64,000 nt of DNA. It comes from Myxococcota bacterium. Lineage in GTDB: Bacteria; Myxococcota_A; UBA9160; UBA4427. The position numbers and the translations under genes were made by a program. A model generated the notes under the pieces. It was not told the DNA's origin. It did not search any database and was given only the letters and a program-made list of their open reading frames with translations. Positions 61,672-64,000 of this stretch are shown here, piece by piece; position 1 is the first letter of the stretch, and every line of letters starts with the position of its first letter. Location of the stretch: the NCBI GenBank assembly GCA_965250285.1, contig OZ252299.1, forward strand, positions 2,080,001-2,144,000, given 5' to 3'.

Positions 61672-63063
61672 ATGCCCCCGATTCGCACCCTGCTCTGGAT
61701 CGGCCCCGCCGACGAGCTCGCCGCCCTCGGCGTACTCGATGCGCCGACGCTCGACGTCGTCTGGGTCGAGAGCGTCGAGGCCCTGAAGGAAACCCCGCCC
61801 CTCGCCCTCGACGCCATCGTCCTCGGCGACGCCGCGAGACCCGCAGCCGCGGCCCGCACGGCCCTCGAGACGCTCGACCGGGCCGAAGTCGACGCACCCG
61901 TCCTGGCGTTGCGCGCGGCGCCCGGTGGAGGCGAGCGAGCCCGTCTCGCCGCTGCCGGCGCGCCGCGGGTGCTCGACATCGAGGGGAGCGGCGACACCGC
62001 AATGCCGCGGCTGTTGGCGGCGATCGAGTCACTGCTGCAGCACCCCCGGCGACCGCCCGCGCAGAGGGGCGCGCCGTCCCGCGAAGCGGGCCCCGAGCTC
62101 GTGGGATCGAGCCGGGCCATCCAGGCGGTCGAGCAGGCGATCGGCTGCGCCGCCGGCTCGCCGGCCCCGGTGCTCGTACTCGGCGAGACAGGCTCGGGCA
62201 AAGAGATCGTCGCGCGCCGCATCCACGCCCAGAGCCCGCGTCGCGCCGCCGCCTTCGTGGCCGTGAACTGCGCGGCGTTCGCCGACACCCTGCTCGAGAG
62301 CGAGCTCTTCGGCCACCGCCGCGGTGCGTTCACCGGCGCCGACCGCGACCGCGTGGGCCTCTTCGAACGCGCCACCGGCGGCACCGTCTTTCTCGACGAG
62401 ATCGGCGAGACGAGCGCCGCGCTGCAGGCGCGCCTGCTGCGCGTGCTTCAGGAGCGCGAAGTGCTGCCCGTGGGCGGCGACCGACCGCGATCCGTCGACG
62501 TTCGGATCGTTGCGGCCACGCATCGCAACCTGGGCCGCGAGATCGAGGCGCGGCGATTTCGTGAGGATCTCTTCTACCGGCTCGCCGTGCTCACGATCGA
62601 GCTGCCGCCGCTGCGCGCGCGACGCAGCGACGTGGCCCGCCTCGCGGCGCACTTTCTGTCGAAACATGGCGAACGCGACGGACGACCAGGCTGCGCGCTC
62701 TCGCCCCGCGCGCTCTCGCTGCTCGAACGGCACGACTGGCCCGGCAACGTGCGCGAGCTCGAGAACGAGATGCAGCGCGTGCTCGCGCTCGCGGCGCCGG
62801 GCGAGCTCATCACGGCGCGGCGCCTGTCGCCGGCGCTTCGCCGCGATCCGCAGAGCGTCGGTCCAGCCCACGACCAAACCGCTCGACTGGCCGACGGTCT
62901 CGACGACGCCGAGACGCTCACACAGGCCCTCGACCGGATCGAAGCGGGCCTGATCCGCGACGCACTCGACCGAAATGCCGGGCGTCGTGCGCGCACGGCG
63001 CGGCGCCTCGGAATCACGCGCGAGGGCCTCTACAAGAAGATGAAGCGACTGGGCATCGGTTGA
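61672..63063 (+). CDS. Sigma-54-dependent transcriptional activator (Fis family)
   Basis: GETGSGKE, ESELFGH, GAFTGA, FLDEIG, WPGNVREL, HTH; degenerate N-terminal receiver. Confidence 0.93.
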   Translation: MPPIRTLLWIGPADELAALGVLDAPTLDVVWVESVEALKETPPLALDAIVLGDAARPAAAARTALETLDRAEVDAPVLALRAAPGGGERARLAAAGAPRVLDIEGSGDTAMPRLLAAIESLLQHPRRPPAQRGAPSREAGPELVGSSRAIQAVEQAIGCAAGSPAPVLVLGETGSGKEIVARRIHAQSPRRAAAFVAVNCAAFADTLLESELFGHRRGAFTGADRDRVGLFERATGGTVFLDEIGETSAALQARLLRVLQEREVLPVGGDRPRSVDVRIVAATHRNLGREIEARRFREDLFYRLAVLTIELPPLRARRSDVARLAAHFLSKHGERDGRPGCALSPRALSLLERHDWPGNVRELENEMQRVLALAAPGELITARRLSPALRRDPQSVGPAHDQTARLADGLDDAETLTQALDRIEAGLIRDALDRNAGRRARTARRLGITREGLYKKMKRLGIG

Positions 63064-63172
63064 GAAGCGGCGCGCCCCCCACAGCCGCCTCCGGGTGTAG
63101 AGCCGACCGCGCGCGCTCGATGCTGGCCGGGCCCTGGTAGGCTGTCGTCTCGACGCAACCAACGGGGGCCTC

Positions 63173-64000
63173 ATGCTCGAAGAGTTCGACATCGCCGAGT
63201 TGCAAGTCGGCATCGAACGGGGCGAGCTCTCCTCCGCCTCTCTGTGCGAGACGTTCCTCGACCGGATCGACCGCATCGATCGCGCCGGCCCCTCGCTGTG
63301 TTCGGTCATGGAGGTGAACCCGGACGCGGTGCCGATCGCCGAGCGGCTCGATCGCGAACGCGCCGAGTCGGGCGCCCGTAGCCCGCTGCACGGCGTCCCA
63401 GTCCTGCTCAAGGACAGCCTCGATACCGCAGACGACATGATGACCACCGCCGGCTCGTTGGCCCTCGTGGGCAACATCGCGGCCCGCGACGCTTTCGTCG
63501 CCGAGCGGCTGCGCGCGGCCGGCGCCGTGATCCTCGGCAAGACCAACATGAGTGAGTGGGGCTATATGCGCTCGACGCGAGCCTGCAGCGGGTGGAGCAG
63601 TCGAGGCGGGCAGGTCCGCAACCCGCACGGACTCGATCGCAGCCCCTCGGGCTCGAGCTCCGGTTCGGCCGTGGCCGTCGCGGCCGGGCTGTGTACCGTC
63701 GCGATCGGCGCGGAGGTCGATGGCTCGATCGTTCGACCGGCGTCGATCAATGGCGTCGTGGGATTGAAGCCCACCGTCGGGCTCGTGAGTCGATCGGGGA
63801 TGATCGGTGTCGCTGCGACACAGGACACGGCCGGGCCGATCGGCCGGTCGGTGCGCGACGTCGCCTGCGTGCTGAACGCGATCGCGGGCCTCGACCCCCG
63901 TGATGCCGCCACTCATGCAGCACCCACCCGGCCAACCGACTATCGCGGTGCGCTGCGCGTCGATGCACTGCACGGTGCGCGGATCGGGGTCGCGCGCGAC
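63173..64000 (+). CDS. Amidase signature family protein (partial, runs off the window)
   Basis: Frame from ATG 63173: PLHGVPVLLKD, GKTNMSEW, SGSSSGSA, DGSI, GLKPTVG; absent from the ORF track because it has no stop in the window. Confidence 0.92.
   Translation, partial: MLEEFDIAELQVGIERGELSSASLCETFLDRIDRIDRAGPSLCSVMEVNPDAVPIAERLDRERAESGARSPLHGVPVLLKDSLDTADDMMTTAGSLALVGNIAARDAFVAERLRAAGAVILGKTNMSEWGYMRSTRACSGWSSRGGQVRNPHGLDRSPSGSSSGSAVAVAAGLCTVAIGAEVDGSIVRPASINGVVGLKPTVGLVSRSGMIGVAATQDTAGPIGRSVRDVACVLNAIAGLDPRDAATHAAPTRPTDYRGALRVDALHGARIGVARD

Overview
High-GC bacterial chromosomal segment. Its gene content (PEP-CTERM proteins, PilZ, sigma-54 activators, DUF1214/sulfotransferase) suggests a Myxococcota-like organism; this is inference only. 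About 55 CDS and one tRNA-Lys(UUU) can be supported. Housekeeping genes (serC, serA-purA, aroA, tal-rpiA, cyclophilin, SMUG1-type glycosylase) are interspersed with lipid-metabolism and envelope genes. The standout is a tightly packed four-gene operon at 36218-41049: a sterol C24-methyltransferase (ERG6/SMT family), a geranylgeranyl-reductase-family flavoprotein, a Neverland/DAF-36/KshA-family Rieske oxygenase and a His-box membrane desaturase. Together these could supply the four tailoring steps (24-methylation, 24(28) reduction, 7-desaturation, 22-desaturation) that turn a Delta24 sterol into an ergosterol-type sterol, largely with enzymes non-orthologous to the fungal ones; that pathway is a hypothesis. 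Other notable items: a eukaryote-type (SMPD2/Isc1-like) neutral sphingomyelinase; an intact but catalytically degenerate tyrosine recombinase preceded by a 171-nt T-free repeat tract; a bipartite motif shared upstream of two PEP-CTERM genes; a triplicated gene 3' end; a repeat array upstream of the tRNA; and an ExbBD/TonB-like locus with a ~40-repeat DxDxDG protein. No CRISPR array, rRNA or intact mobile element was seen. All calls come from reading motifs by eye; no searches were run.
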